Positions 48,859-58,740 of a stretch of 64,000 bases of DNA are shown here, piece after piece; within the stretch, counting starts at the first letter, position 1; every line of letters starts with the position of its first letter. The notes below the pieces were generated by a model, which saw only the letters and a program-made list of their open reading frames with translations, had not been told where the DNA came from and did not search any database. The translations under genes were made by a program, and so were the position numbers. The DNA comes from Gammaproteobacteria bacterium (GTDB taxonomy: Bacteria > Pseudomonadota > Gammaproteobacteria > Francisellales > CACEW01), in contig CBFIHN010000002.1 of NCBI GenBank assembly GCA_965662575.1, positions 7,087-71,086 of the forward strand. Direction: 5' to 3'.

Positions 48859-49593
48859 ATGGGATTTCTTATGGATGAGAAAAAATTATTAGCGAAACTT
48901 AACTCTATATTGACATCTTCAATTCAATGTATGGAATTTAAAAAATATGAAGAATATATGGAATTAAGTTTATCTTTTGATAATGATAAGAAAAAGATAA
49001 AAATAAAAAGGGATCTCCAGAGCTCGGGGGAGGATAAAGAAGAAGCTCTTTTAATTGTATGCATTAAAATATGGATGGCTAGTCTGACAAAAGACCCTTG
49101 TTTTAACCCTTTAAATAGATATGAAGTCCTAGTGGATGAAGAATTAAAAAATAAATTGGGAAGTATACTTCTCGTAAAAACTCTTATTGTAAGACTCTAT
49201 GCTGATATCATATATGGCAATATAAAAGACCATTATAAAAATTTAATTGATCGTAATAGACAATATATTAATTTCAAACAGTTTCTCGAGAAATATAAAA
49301 CATATGAAAAAGAATGTATTGAGCACATTATCAAATTCACCTCAAATCCCGGTCTTAATAGTCATTCTGAACTGTATGAAGGCCTCAAGAAAAGTGAAAA
49401 AAAACTTACCTCAAATTTTATTAATCCCCAGGGAAGGAAAATATTAAGAACTGTTACAGCATTTCCTTTCATTTTATTATTTGTTGTAACTTTTGGTTAT
49501 AGCCAGCGTTGGATAACAAGTGGAAAAGAACGAGAAATTAATAAATATCAAAATAACAGCTTTTTGGAGTGCTGTCATCCGTTTTTTATCAAA
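48859..49593 (+). pseudogene. Very AT-rich orphan gene, 5' part, interrupted by the IS
   Basis: The frame runs into the IS left end at 49594. The track protein's last 40 aa are IS-encoded. Removing the IS and one TSD copy rejoins it in frame to 51118-51186. Confidence 0.65.
49579..49593. repeat. Target-site duplication, left copy (CCGTTTTTTATCAAA)
   Basis: Identical 15-mer at 51103-51117, immediately outside the inverted repeats. Confidence 0.85.
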
Positions 49594-51102
49594 TGTAGCA
49601 CCAAAGTAGTAATGTCCGGTTTCTCCAAAGTTAAAATGTCCGCTTTCAAATTTATAAAGGCGATCAATTTTGCAAGAACCAGGACTATTAACGATGAGTT
49701 TAAAAGAGCGTGATCGAGCCAAAGTTATTGAGCAGGTGCTAAGTAAAAAGCTTAGTCAGTGTGAGGGTAGCATTCAGCTTGGCATAAGTTCTCGTCATTT
49801 TAGGCGTTTACAAAAGTCTTACCAGCAAGACAAGGAGCAGAGTCTTGTTTCAAAGCGTCGAGGTAGGCAAAGCAATAATCGGCTATCGGAGGACCTTAAA
49901 GAGCAAGTGATTACCGTAATTAGCAACAATTATCATGATTTTGGTCCAACATTTGCCCATGAGAAATTAGTTAACATCCACCGACTTAAAATTTCTGTTG
50001 AGAGTGTACGCAAGCTAATGATTAATCAGGGTCTTTGGCAAGGTCGTTCACGCAAGGTTCGTCGTAAAACTCAGCAAATGAGAACCCGTCGCCCATGCTT
50101 TGGTGAGCTGGTGCAAATCGATGGTTCACCACATGCTTGGTTTGAAAATCGTGGTGCTTCTTGTTGTTTGATTGTTTTTATTGATGATGCTACTTCCAAA
50201 CTGGTTGCGCTTCATTTTGTGGAGACGGAATGCACGCAAGGCTACTTTGATGCAACTAGAAAACATATTGAACAACATGGCCGCCCCCTTGCCTATTACA
50301 GTGATAAACATAGTATTTTCAGAGTTAATATTCCAGAGGCTAAGCTCGGCAATGGTGAAACCCAATATGGCAGAGCATGTCGTGAGCTGGGCATAGAAAT
50401 CATTAATGCTAATTCACCTCAAGCAAAAGGTCGAGTTGAACGCGTCAATCAAACGTTGCAAGACCGCTTAGTCAAAGAGCTGCGCTTGCGGGGAATCAGC
50501 AATATTGATGACGCAAATAAATTTTTACCAGAATATATTGATCAGCACAATGAAAAATTCCACTCTGATCCTGCATCAAAGACAAATGCGCATCGCAAGG
50601 AACTGCCAACAAAAGAAGAGCTTGATTTAATCCTTTGTGAGCAGGCAGAAAGAACCATCAGTAAGCAACTTGAAATAAGCTACAAAAACAAGATCTACCA
50701 AATTCAAACTAAAAGCCAAAGCTACAATATGCGTAAGGCAAAGCTTAACGTGTGTGATCGCAAGGGTAAAATCACATTGCTATACCAAAGCAAAATTTTA
50801 GACTACAAAGTATTTGATAAGAAAAATCGGCCGGCACCAGTGGTCGATAGCAAGAACATCAATAAAACCATAGACAAGCACATCAAAAAACATAAGCCAA
50901 AACCGGACCACCCTTGGCGATGTTACTCTGAAGTACTTGCAAAACAAAGTAGAAATGACCAGGCAACTTATACACAGGGCACACAGGCTCAAGCTTGAAT
51001 TTTTAGGGCTAGCTTGGCCTGTGCACTTGTGCATAAGTTGCTTCAGCCAAACCGGACATCTCTACTTTGCAGAAAAGCGGACATTTCTACTTTGGGTTGA
51101 CA
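49594..51102 (+). mobile_element. Intact insertion sequence, 1509 bp, ISNCY family (IS1202-group-like)
   Basis: IRL is TGTAGCACCAAAGTAGTAATGTCCGGTTTCTCCAAAGTTAAAATGTCCGC. The reverse complement of IRR is TGTCAACCCAAAGTAGAAATGTCCGCTTTTCTGCAAAGTAGAGATGTCCGG. Each end carries two copies of a roughly 20-bp motif. A 15-bp TSD flanks it and it contains a single transposase ORF. Confidence 0.85.
49694..50998 (+). CDS. DDE transposase (HTH plus rve integrase core), ISNCY family
   Basis: MSLKERDRAKVIEQVL...RRGRQSNNRL N-terminus, D (VQIDGSPH), D (YSDKHSIF) and E (NSPQAKGRVER). Confidence 0.9.
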   Translation: MSLKERDRAKVIEQVLSKKLSQCEGSIQLGISSRHFRRLQKSYQQDKEQSLVSKRRGRQSNNRLSEDLKEQVITVISNNYHDFGPTFAHEKLVNIHRLKISVESVRKLMINQGLWQGRSRKVRRKTQQMRTRRPCFGELVQIDGSPHAWFENRGASCCLIVFIDDATSKLVALHFVETECTQGYFDATRKHIEQHGRPLAYYSDKHSIFRVNIPEAKLGNGETQYGRACRELGIEIINANSPQAKGRVERVNQTLQDRLVKELRLRGISNIDDANKFLPEYIDQHNEKFHSDPASKTNAHRKELPTKEELDLILCEQAERTISKQLEISYKNKIYQIQTKSQSYNMRKAKLNVCDRKGKITLLYQSKILDYKVFDKKNRPAPVVDSKNINKTIDKHIKKHKPKPDHPWRCYSEVLAKQSRNDQATYTQGTQAQA

Positions 51103-51117
51103 CCGTTTTTTATCAAA
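51103..51117. repeat. Target-site duplication, right copy (CCGTTTTTTATCAAA)
   Basis: See 49579-49593. Confidence 0.85.
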
Positions 51118-51186
51118 GACTCAATTAATCTTTCTGCAAGGCAAATGACAAACCGATTGATGATGGTCGTGGAGGGTCCTCCCTAA
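51118..51186 (+). pseudogene. Displaced 3' end of the IS-interrupted orphan gene
   Basis: In frame with 48859-49593 after excision. Reads DSINLSARQMTNRLMMVVEGPP followed by a stop. Confidence 0.55.
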
Positions 51187-51250
51187 TTGTCATATAGTTT
51201 GGTTCTTCAGGCAATTAATGTAAACTAGTGAATGATATTAAAACAAAAAA

Positions 51251-51336
51251 TGGTGCCGACGGCCGGACTCGAACCGGCACGGGCTTGGCCCACTACCCCC
51301 TCAAGATAGCGTGTCTACCAGTTCCACCACGTCGGC
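51251..51336 (-). tRNA. tRNA-Leu (GAG)
   Basis: The reverse complement reads GCCGACGTGGTGGAACTGGTAGACACGCTATCTTGAGGGGGTAGTGGGCCAAGCCCGTGCCGGTTCGAGTCCGGCCGTCGGCACCA. It has a long variable arm and anticodon loop UUGAGGG. It lies downstream of secG, as leuU does in E. coli. Confidence 0.92.
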
Positions 51337-51345
51337 AACAATCTA

Positions 51346-51747
51346 TCACTGCTTAGTGAGATTGGGTTTTGTTTGTATGCCTTTTTTTTCAGTCACGACG
51401 GTCTGAGTTTTTAAGGCACCAGACTGTTGAGTTTTAGTCTGTTTGGTTGTTTTAGTTGTCGTTGTAGGCGTTGTTGATTGGATAGCCGGTGCTGCAAATT
51501 GATTTTGTGCTTTGGCTGCGCGTGCATTTAAATAGCCAATTGTTAGGCTGGTAATAAAAAATAAGGCAACCAACCCACCTGTCAGTTTCATGAGAAATGA
51601 TGCCGGTCCACGGCTTCCGAATAGTGTATTAGAAGCACCGCTGCCAAACGCAGCACCCATGTTGGCGCCTTTGCCTTGCTGTAATAACACTAAGCCAACG
51701 ATGGCAAAACAAACAATCAAATGAATTAAGATTAATACTTGCTGCAT
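51346..51747 (-). CDS. secG: Preprotein translocase subunit SecG with a Thr/Gln-rich C-terminal extension
   Basis: MQQVLILIHLIVCFAIVGLVLLQQGKGANMGAAFGSGASNTLFGSRG is the canonical SecG core. Confidence 0.88.
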   Translation of the reverse strand: MQQVLILIHLIVCFAIVGLVLLQQGKGANMGAAFGSGASNTLFGSRGPASFLMKLTGGLVALFFITSLTIGYLNARAAKAQNQFAAPAIQSTTPTTTTKTTKQTKTQQSGALKTQTVVTEKKGIQTKPNLTKQ

Positions 51748-51903
51748 GATAGTCTAAAACTCGAAATTTGGAGGGCAACCATATATGATTTGCTGTCATT
51801 TAGCAATATTCGGGCTGCGTTAATTGAAGAGAGGCTTTCCACGTTGTGCAAAAGCAATTCCATGGCAATGTCTGTGGTTAAGTTGATTAATATCAAAATT
51901 CAG

Positions 51904-51933
51904 CCTTGAGTTTTTGTTACTAAACCCCATATA
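51904..51933 (+). promoter_or_regulatory. Sigma-32 (RpoH) promoter upstream of grpE
   Basis: CCTTGAG, a 14-nt spacer, then CCCCATATA. The consensus is CCCTTGAA-N13-15-CCCCATnTA. Confidence 0.65.
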
Positions 51934-52009
51934 ACTGATCAGTTATCTTTACAGATATGACTTTCATGCGTTGTATCGAATGCCTGAAAAACCCAACGGA
52001 GACTTGTGA

Positions 52010-52555
52010 ATGAGCAAAAAAGCTGACAGTGCGAAAAACACCACTAAAGAACAACCAAAAGAAAAAAAGCAGGATAATCGTTTTGCTGCAGAGATCGAGC
52101 GATTGCAAAAAGAGCTTGAGGAAGCCAATCAAAAAGCTGAAGCTAACTGGGATAAAGCCCTACGTGCTTGTGCTGAACTAGAGAATGCACAGCGTCGCCA
52201 GAGCATTGACCTGGAAAACGCACACAAATTTGCGTTGGAAAAATTCTGCCATGCTTTATTGCCGGTTATTGATAGTATGGAAAAAGCATTGGCAATTGAC
52301 AGTGATCATGAAGAAGTCAAAGCGATGTGCCAAGGCATTGAGTTGACTGAGAAGATGTTTATTGATCATGTTGCAAAATTTGGGTTGGTACAAATTAACC
52401 CTGAGGGTGAGGTGTTTGATCCAGAACTACATGAGGCTATGTCGATGATGCCTAGCCCTGAGGTTGATTCAAATACAGTGATTACGGTGTATCAAAAAGG
52501 GTATCAATTGAATGGAAGATTAATTAGGCCTGCGCGGGTTGTTGTCAGTCAGTAG
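52010..52555 (+). CDS. grpE: Nucleotide exchange factor GrpE
   Basis: 181 aa with a coiled-coil N-terminus, a FDPELHEAM..V.QKGY..GR.IRPA.V C-terminus, and a position upstream of dnaK. Confidence 0.92.
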   Translation: MSKKADSAKNTTKEQPKEKKQDNRFAAEIERLQKELEEANQKAEANWDKALRACAELENAQRRQSIDLENAHKFALEKFCHALLPVIDSMEKALAIDSDHEEVKAMCQGIELTEKMFIDHVAKFGLVQINPEGEVFDPELHEAMSMMPSPEVDSNTVITVYQKGYQLNGRLIRPARVVVSQ

Positions 52556-52585
52556 CCTTGAAATTACAAAAATGATCCCCACATA
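52556..52585 (+). promoter_or_regulatory. Sigma-32 (RpoH) promoter upstream of dnaK
   Basis: CCTTGAA, a 14-nt spacer, then CCCCACATA. Confidence 0.7.
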
Positions 52586-52642
52586 CGACTATGAAATAAC
52601 AAGACGAGGCAGGTAAACTGCCAGAGTAAATTGGAGAACAAA

Positions 52643-54580
52643 ATGTCATCTATTATTGGAATTGATTTAGGAACCACCAACTCTTGCGTGGCCATCATGG
52701 AAGGCGGGAAAACGGCTAAAGTGATTGAGAATTCTGAAGGTCGTCGCACCACACCGTCTATTGTTGCTGAAGATAAAGAAGGAAAGATTTTAGTTGGTGA
52801 ATCGGCAAAACGCCAAGCGGTGACCAACCCGCAAAACACCATTTTTGCGGCGAAACGTTTGATTGGCCGGACTTTCGATGGTAAAGCAGTGCAGAATGAA
52901 ATTATTCCCAAAGTGCCTTACAACATTGTCAAAGCCGATAATGGTGATGCATGGATTGAATTAAATGGTGATAAAAAAGCACCACCTCAGATTTCTGCTG
53001 AAGTGTTAATGAAAATGAAAAAAACAGCGGAAGATTACCTCGGGCATAAAGTGAACGAGGCAGTCATTACGGTGCCTGCTTACTTCAATGATGCGCAACG
53101 TCAAGCAACGAAAGATGCTGGTAAGATTGCCGGCCTTGAAGTTAAACGGATTATCAATGAGCCAACCGCTGCTGCACTTGCCTATGGGATGGATAAAAGT
53201 GGTAAAGGCGACCAAGTTATCGCTGTTTACGACTTGGGTGGTGGTACTTTCGATGTCTCCATCATTGAAATTGCTAAAGTTGAAGGTGATAGCCAAATCG
53301 AAGTATTGGCGACTAACGGCGATACTTTCTTAGGTGGTGAAGACTTTGACCGTCATTTGATGGATTATCTTGTTGAAGAGTTTAAGAAATCTGATGGCTT
53401 TGATTTGCGCCAAGATCCACTCGCATTGCAGCGTTTAAAAGAAGCGGCTGAAACAGCAAAAATTGAGTTGTCTTCTAGCCAAGAAACCGATATTAACTTG
53501 CCCTATATTACGGCGGATGCTTCTGGACCTAAACACTTGCATATTAAGGTGACGCGCGCTAAGTTTGAGTCTTTGGTTGAGGATTTGGTTAAGCGTTCTA
53601 TTGAGCCTTGTCGTCAAGCATTGAAAGATGCTGATTTAAGCGTTAATGATATTACGGATGTCATTTTGGTTGGCGGTCAAACGCGTATGCCGAAAGTACA
53701 AGAAGCGGTTAAAGATTTCTTTGGTAAGGAGCCTCGTCGTGATGTCAACCCGGATGAAGCCGTTGCAATGGGTGCTGCAATTCAGGGTGGCGTATTATCC
53801 GGTGATGTTAAGGATGTCCTGCTCTTAGATGTGACTCCGTTATCCTTGGGTATTGAAACAATGGGTGGCGTATGCACCAAGTTAATTGATCGTAATACGA
53901 CCATTCCAACGAAAAAGAGCCAGACTTTCTCAACGGCTGAAGATAATCAATCCGCCGTGACCATTCATGTGCTACAAGGTGAACGTGAAATGGCAAGTGC
54001 TAACAAATCACTGGGCCGTTTTGACTTGGCTGGTATCTCTGCTGCGCCACGTGGTATGCCACAGATTGAGGTGACCTTTGATATTGATGCCAATGGTATT
54101 TTGAATGTCTCAGCCAAAGATAAAGCTACCGGCAAAGAACAGTCTATCGTGATTAAAGCAGCCAGTGGTTTGTCCGATGATGAAGTTGATAAGATGGTTA
54201 AAGATGCTGAGGCGAATGCGGCAGCCGATAAAGAGTTTCATGAGTTGGTTAGTACACGGAATACCGCTGATACCATGATTCATGCGACTAAAAAATCGAT
54301 TGATGAGTTGGGTGATAAGTTGCCCGCTGATGAGAAAACCAAAATTGATGCAGCGATCAAAGACCTAGAAGAATCAGTTAAAGGTAATGATAAAGCCGAC
54401 ATTGAAGCAAAAACACAGGCATTAACGACGGCATCTAGCAAGTTAGCTGAATTAATGCAAGCTCAACAACAAACTGGCGCAACCCCTGACGGGGGTGAGC
54501 CAGCGGCTGAGAGTCATGCTGCTAAAGATGACGCGGTTGATGCGGAGTTTGAAGAAGTGAAGGATAAAGAAGGTAAGTAA
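52643..54580 (+). CDS. dnaK: Chaperone DnaK (Hsp70)
   Basis: [28 protein letters not shown] and [11 protein letters not shown] motifs. The ATG at 52643 follows GGAG. Confidence 0.97.
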   Translation: MSSIIGIDLGTTNSCVAIMEGGKTAKVIENSEGRRTTPSIVAEDKEGKILVGESAKRQAVTNPQNTIFAAKRLIGRTFDGKAVQNEIIPKVPYNIVKADNGDAWIELNGDKKAPPQISAEVLMKMKKTAEDYLGHKVNEAVITVPAYFNDAQRQATKDAGKIAGLEVKRIINEPTAAALAYGMDKSGKGDQVIAVYDLGGGTFDVSIIEIAKVEGDSQIEVLATNGDTFLGGEDFDRHLMDYLVEEFKKSDGFDLRQDPLALQRLKEAAETAKIELSSSQETDINLPYITADASGPKHLHIKVTRAKFESLVEDLVKRSIEPCRQALKDADLSVNDITDVILVGGQTRMPKVQEAVKDFFGKEPRRDVNPDEAVAMGAAIQGGVLSGDVKDVLLLDVTPLSLGIETMGGVCTKLIDRNTTIPTKKSQTFSTAEDNQSAVTIHVLQGEREMASANKSLGRFDLAGISAAPRGMPQIEVTFDIDANGILNVSAKDKATGKEQSIVIKAASGLSDDEVDKMVKDAEANAAADKEFHELVSTRNTADTMIHATKKSIDELGDKLPADEKTKIDAAIKDLEESVKGNDKADIEAKTQALTTASSKLAELMQAQQQTGATPDGGEPAAESHAAKDDAVDAEFEEVKDKEGK

Positions 54581-54713
54581 GTGTAACCACTGTCAATATC
54601 CTCTTAATGTCATTCCGGAATAATCTGGGGATCCGATTTTCAACACTGGATTCCCGTGCGGATACGACATTTTGTGAGATATTGATCAACCAAACACAGC
54701 AATCAAACGCTAT

Positions 54714-54733
54714 ATCCCCGCTTATGCGGGGAT
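54714..54733 (+). other. Perfect 8-bp GC-rich hairpin (ATCCCCGC-ttat-GCGGGGAT) in the dnaK-dnaJ spacer
   Basis: Read directly. It lies 30 nt upstream of the dnaJ start and no U-tract follows it. Confidence 0.4.
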
Positions 54734-54763
54734 GACTTTATGCAGAAGCCAACAGGAATACCA

Positions 54764-55906
54764 ATGGCAAGAGATTATTATGAAATCCTCGGCGTTGCAA
54801 AAAACGCCTCGGAAGGTGAAATCAAAAAAGCTTATCGTCGCCTTGCGATGAAGTTTCACCCTGACCGCAATCCCAATAACCAAGAAGCCGAAGCGAACTT
54901 CAAAGAAGCCAAAGAAGCCTATGAAGTGTTAAGTGACTCACAAAAACGAGCGGCTTATGATCAATTTGGTCATGCTGGTGTCGACCCTAACAATGCCGGG
55001 GGTGGATTCGGTGGCTTTGGTGCTGGCCAAGGTGGGGCAGGTTTCGCTGATGCATTTGGTGATATTTTCGGTGATATTTTTGGCGGTCGTGGGCGTGGTG
55101 CTGGCGGTGGTCGTGCACAAGCACAGCGTGGTGCTGATTTACAGTATAACTTAGAGATTTCACTTGAGGACGCAGTTCATGGCAGCAAGGCGGAATTAAA
55201 TATTCCGACGATGGCAACCTGTCAGCCTTGCAAAGGTTCTGGTTCACAAAGCCATAGTGGTACAACAGCCTGTGACACTTGTGGTGGTCAAGGTGCTGTG
55301 CGTATGCAGCAAGGTTTTTTTTCAGTTCAGCAAACTTGTCCTAAATGCCATGGCCGTGGCCAAGTCATAAAAGACCCTTGCCATCGTTGTCATGGCGAGG
55401 GTCGTGTGCAAGATCAACGCAAACTATCGGTTAAAATTCCCGCTGGCGTCGATACCGGTGATCGTATTCGTTTGGCAGGCGAAGGTGAGGCTGGTGCTCA
55501 TGGCTCTGTTGCCGGTGACTTATATATTCAAGTGCATATTCGATCACATTCGATCTTTACTCGTGATGGTAATCATTTACGTTGCAAAGTGCCAATTAGC
55601 CTAACGCAAGCATGCTTGGGTGGTGAGGTTGAGATCCCAACACTCGATGGAAAAGTAAAACTCAAAGTCCCGTCAGAGACCCAAAGTGGCAAGTTATTTA
55701 GGCTGCGTGGTAAAGGCGTTAAGCCCTTGCGTGGTGGTTCTGTTGGTGATTTGATGTGTGAAGTGGCAGTTGAAACGCCGGTTAATTTAAATAGTAAACA
55801 AAAAGATCTTCTGAAGCAGTTTGAAGGTTCACTGATTGATGGTAAAAATCATACGCCACAATCGAAAAGTTGGTTTGATGGTGTGAAGAAGTTTTTTGAG
55901 AAATAA
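54764..55906 (+). CDS. dnaJ: Co-chaperone DnaJ
   Basis: [11 protein letters not shown]...HPDRN J-domain, a G/F region and four CxxCxGxG zinc-finger repeats. Confidence 0.96.
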   Translation: MARDYYEILGVAKNASEGEIKKAYRRLAMKFHPDRNPNNQEAEANFKEAKEAYEVLSDSQKRAAYDQFGHAGVDPNNAGGGFGGFGAGQGGAGFADAFGDIFGDIFGGRGRGAGGGRAQAQRGADLQYNLEISLEDAVHGSKAELNIPTMATCQPCKGSGSQSHSGTTACDTCGGQGAVRMQQGFFSVQQTCPKCHGRGQVIKDPCHRCHGEGRVQDQRKLSVKIPAGVDTGDRIRLAGEGEAGAHGSVAGDLYIQVHIRSHSIFTRDGNHLRCKVPISLTQACLGGEVEIPTLDGKVKLKVPSETQSGKLFRLRGKGVKPLRGGSVGDLMCEVAVETPVNLNSKQKDLLKQFEGSLIDGKNHTPQSKSWFDGVKKFFEK

Positions 55907-55978
55907 GCCATACCACTGCGAACCATAGGAACAGCATCAACTATCACTCAATTAATACAGTGCTAAAAAAGGAGCAAT

Positions 55979-56413
55979 ATGAACTTATTTAAAGGCTTTT
56001 TATTAATCTGGGTTATTGCTGAATTATTGATATTTTTTCTCATTGCTCATTGGGTCGGTGTCTTATTGGCAGTGTTGTTGGTGATTCTTTCCATGGTTGT
56101 TGGTGGTAGTATCATTCGTACACATGGTATGGGCGAAATGCGTAAGGCACAAGAAAAAATGAGTTTGGGCCAGGCGCCTGAATCTGAAGTTTTGCGTGGG
56201 TTGGCTCTAATTCTTGGCGGTATTTTTTTGGTTATTCCCGGTTTTCTTACCAGCCTTCTAGGCTTATTCTTAATTATTCCCCGATGTCGTGAGCCATTAA
56301 CTTCTTGGCTGATTCGTTACGGTTTTATTCGGCCTAAGCCGCGTGTCAATCCGCAAGCTGAAACAGCATATTCAGGCAGAACGATTGATGGTGAGTCTGA
56401 GCGTAGACCTTAA
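55979..56413 (+). CDS. fxsA: FxsA family membrane protein
   Basis: The N-terminal pattern LLIWVIAELLIFFLIAHWVG and the GIFLVIPGFLTSLLGLFLIIP motif. Confidence 0.8.
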   Translation: MNLFKGFLLIWVIAELLIFFLIAHWVGVLLAVLLVILSMVVGGSIIRTHGMGEMRKAQEKMSLGQAPESEVLRGLALILGGIFLVIPGFLTSLLGLFLIIPRCREPLTSWLIRYGFIRPKPRVNPQAETAYSGRTIDGESERRP

Positions 56414-56649
56414 TGTTTTAGCTAGTACTTGAGCACCGCAGGTGTTAAAGCAACGCAGAAATAAGCAAAGAGATGGTTGCTGCGTAGGGTGAGTGTTTTA
56501 GGGGCGGTACATTGATGACACTCATGTTTTTATCCGCATGAAACCCTGGTTATCCGCCCGTGATTTTTATCTTTGATTCAATGCCATAGCAGTTGATAAT
56601 CGATAAAGCACCGGATTATAATCAACAGCCATACGCTCTTAGTGCTTCA

Positions 56650-56796
56650 ATGCCTGGGTGTTTATTCATATCAGGGAAGTTAGTGATAATCTAACGCTGC
56701 CCCCGCAACGGTGATTAGCATGGTAAGATGTTATCAGCCCGGAACCTGGTCGAGATAAAAAATACATCCCTTGCGGGTCGGCTTCCGGGAACATGA
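56650..56796 (+). ncRNA. Cobalamin (B12) riboswitch leader, compact form
   Basis: Core 56672-56752 reads CAGGGAAGTTAGTGATAATCTAACGCTGCCCCCGCAACGGTGA...TCAGCCCGGAACCTGGTC. It matches the conserved GGGAA..GGTG.AA..GCTG.CCCGCAACGGT block and a B12-box-like AGCCCGGAACCTGG. CCCGGAA (56738-56744) is complementary to TTCCGGG (56783-56789), which covers the RBS. Confidence 0.75.
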
Positions 56797-58740
56797 ATGA
56801 AACGACATCTATATCGCTATTTATGGCTAATGCTTAGCCCTGCACTGGTCATCGCCAGTTCACAGCCGGCTATTTATTATTTGCCTACGCTGGTCCAAGC
56901 GCCAAAAATTTCCCCAGATATCAGCAGTAACCAACGCTACACTGGGTTCCCAAGCATTATCACTTCCAAGCAGCTACAACAGCAAGGTGATACTAGTCTC
57001 GGCCAAGCGTTGAGTCATGTGGCAGGATTAAATATCTTTCATGGGGCAGGTAGCAATCCAAGTCTGAGCCTGCGAGGTTTTGGTAGTCAGGCCTCGAGTA
57101 ATACTTTGGTCCTATTAGATGGACAACCGATTAATAGTATTACTCTAGAGGCAGCCAATATTAATGCGATCCCACTAGAGCAGATTAAAGCCATTGAAGT
57201 GCTTACAGGAAGTGCTAGTGTGTTATATGGCAATCATGCTGTCGGTGGGGTCATTAACATTATTACCAATACGGTGATGAAAGATGATGCCAGTGTGCAA
57301 CTCCAAACCGGGATGCCCAGGCAGGACAATATCAACGCACAGTTTGCGAAACGCTTGGGCTCAACGTGGGGTATAGCTGGCGGGGTGACTGATCATAGTC
57401 AGCAGGGTTATCGTGATCATTCAAAGCAAGATCTAAAAAGCGTTAACCTACAATTAAATCAACATGATCAAACCCAGTATAACCAATGGCAAGTTGCCTA
57501 TAGCGATCAATATAATGATTATCCTGGCTCACTGAGTGAGCAAGCACTGAATAACAATCGTCAGGCTGCCTCCCCAACTGGGCAGGGCTGGCTCGATAAC
57601 CAAACAGTCACATTGTCATGGCGACATCAAACTAGGCTAAACCAAACTTGGCGGTGGTTGTTTACTAGTCAGTATCAACATCAACAGGCCAATGGCCAGT
57701 GGTTTTTTACGCCCGTTTCTACTGTGTCGATTCATGCACAACATTGGCAGTTACACCCAAAATTTATTGCCGATGGTTTCTGGCTGAAAAGACCATGGCA
57801 GTGGCAGATTGGCTCAGATATTAGTCAATATCATTATCGTTATCTGTTAAGTGGGAGACCCTATACGGATGCACGACAAAATCAGCAAAGCTTTTATACC
57901 CTCGGGTCGATCGACTTACGCAAACATTGGCAAGCATCTGGCGGTGTTCGCTATTATTGGATTAAACAAAATTCTCAGCTTCATCAGCAACAGCAACATT
58001 TTGCTGGTATCGCTAGTACTATCGGTCTTAATTACCAGCCTAATGCTCATTGGCGGTGGTATGTGAGGCGGGCTGATAGTTATCGGCTGCCACTGGTTGA
58101 TGAATATCAATATATCACTGGCCAGCCGATTGCGATTAATGCGGATTTACAAGTACAAACGGGTGTTTCTTATGAGCTTGGTGGTATTTGGCGCCATCAA
58201 TCAGGTGAGCTGCAATTCAATTTGTATCGCTTGATTATTCACAATGAAATCACATATGACCCTAATGGGGGAAAGAATGTTAATCTCGATAAAAGCATTC
58301 ATGATGGTTTGTTGATTCATGTCAAACAGCAACTGAATCATTACTGGCGGTTACAGGCCAGCCTATCACTGATGAATAATCGCTTAGTTGCCGGGCCATA
58401 TTCAGGTAAAAAAATTCCATGGACAACACCTATTACCAGTGACTGGCAGCTCAATTATCGTATCCGACAGCATTGGCAATGGTTTATTGCTGGTCACTAT
58501 ATTGGCCAGCGTTACGCGATTGGTGATTTATCTAGACAGCAACGTAGCTTTGGTGATATCACGACCTGGGATAGTGGGGTGAGTTATGATCAAAAAAATT
58601 GGTTTGTGACCTTGCGTATTAATAATCTAACCAATCGGGATGACAATGATTATGTTTCATTCTATGCCCCAAGCACGTTTGCCTTTTATCCCGCCCCTGG
58701 GATCAATGGTAGTATTAGTCTGGGGTATCACTTTGTGTAA
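56797..58740 (+). CDS. btuB: TonB-dependent outer-membrane receptor, BtuB-like (vitamin B12)
   Basis: Signal peptide, plug motifs (GFGSQASSNTLVLLDGQPIN, IEVLTGSASVLYGNHAVGGVINIIT), a beta-barrel with an aromatic C-terminus, and a B12 riboswitch upstream. Confidence 0.78.
   Translation: MKRHLYRYLWLMLSPALVIASSQPAIYYLPTLVQAPKISPDISSNQRYTGFPSIITSKQLQQQGDTSLGQALSHVAGLNIFHGAGSNPSLSLRGFGSQASSNTLVLLDGQPINSITLEAANINAIPLEQIKAIEVLTGSASVLYGNHAVGGVINIITNTVMKDDASVQLQTGMPRQDNINAQFAKRLGSTWGIAGGVTDHSQQGYRDHSKQDLKSVNLQLNQHDQTQYNQWQVAYSDQYNDYPGSLSEQALNNNRQAASPTGQGWLDNQTVTLSWRHQTRLNQTWRWLFTSQYQHQQANGQWFFTPVSTVSIHAQHWQLHPKFIADGFWLKRPWQWQIGSDISQYHYRYLLSGRPYTDARQNQQSFYTLGSIDLRKHWQASGGVRYYWIKQNSQLHQQQQHFAGIASTIGLNYQPNAHWRWYVRRADSYRLPLVDEYQYITGQPIAINADLQVQTGVSYELGGIWRHQSGELQFNLYRLIIHNEITYDPNGGKNVNLDKSIHDGLLIHVKQQLNHYWRLQASLSLMNNRLVAGPYSGKKIPWTTPITSDWQLNYRIRQHWQWFIAGHYIGQRYAIGDLSRQQRSFGDITTWDSGVSYDQKNWFVTLRINNLTNRDDNDYVSFYAPSTFAFYPAPGINGSISLGYHFV

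Noticed and set aside
52564-52911. 115-aa minus-strand ORF, with similar antisense ORFs at 53006-53296, 53435-53617 and 53808-53996
   Set aside because: All are antisense to the unambiguous dnaK frame.
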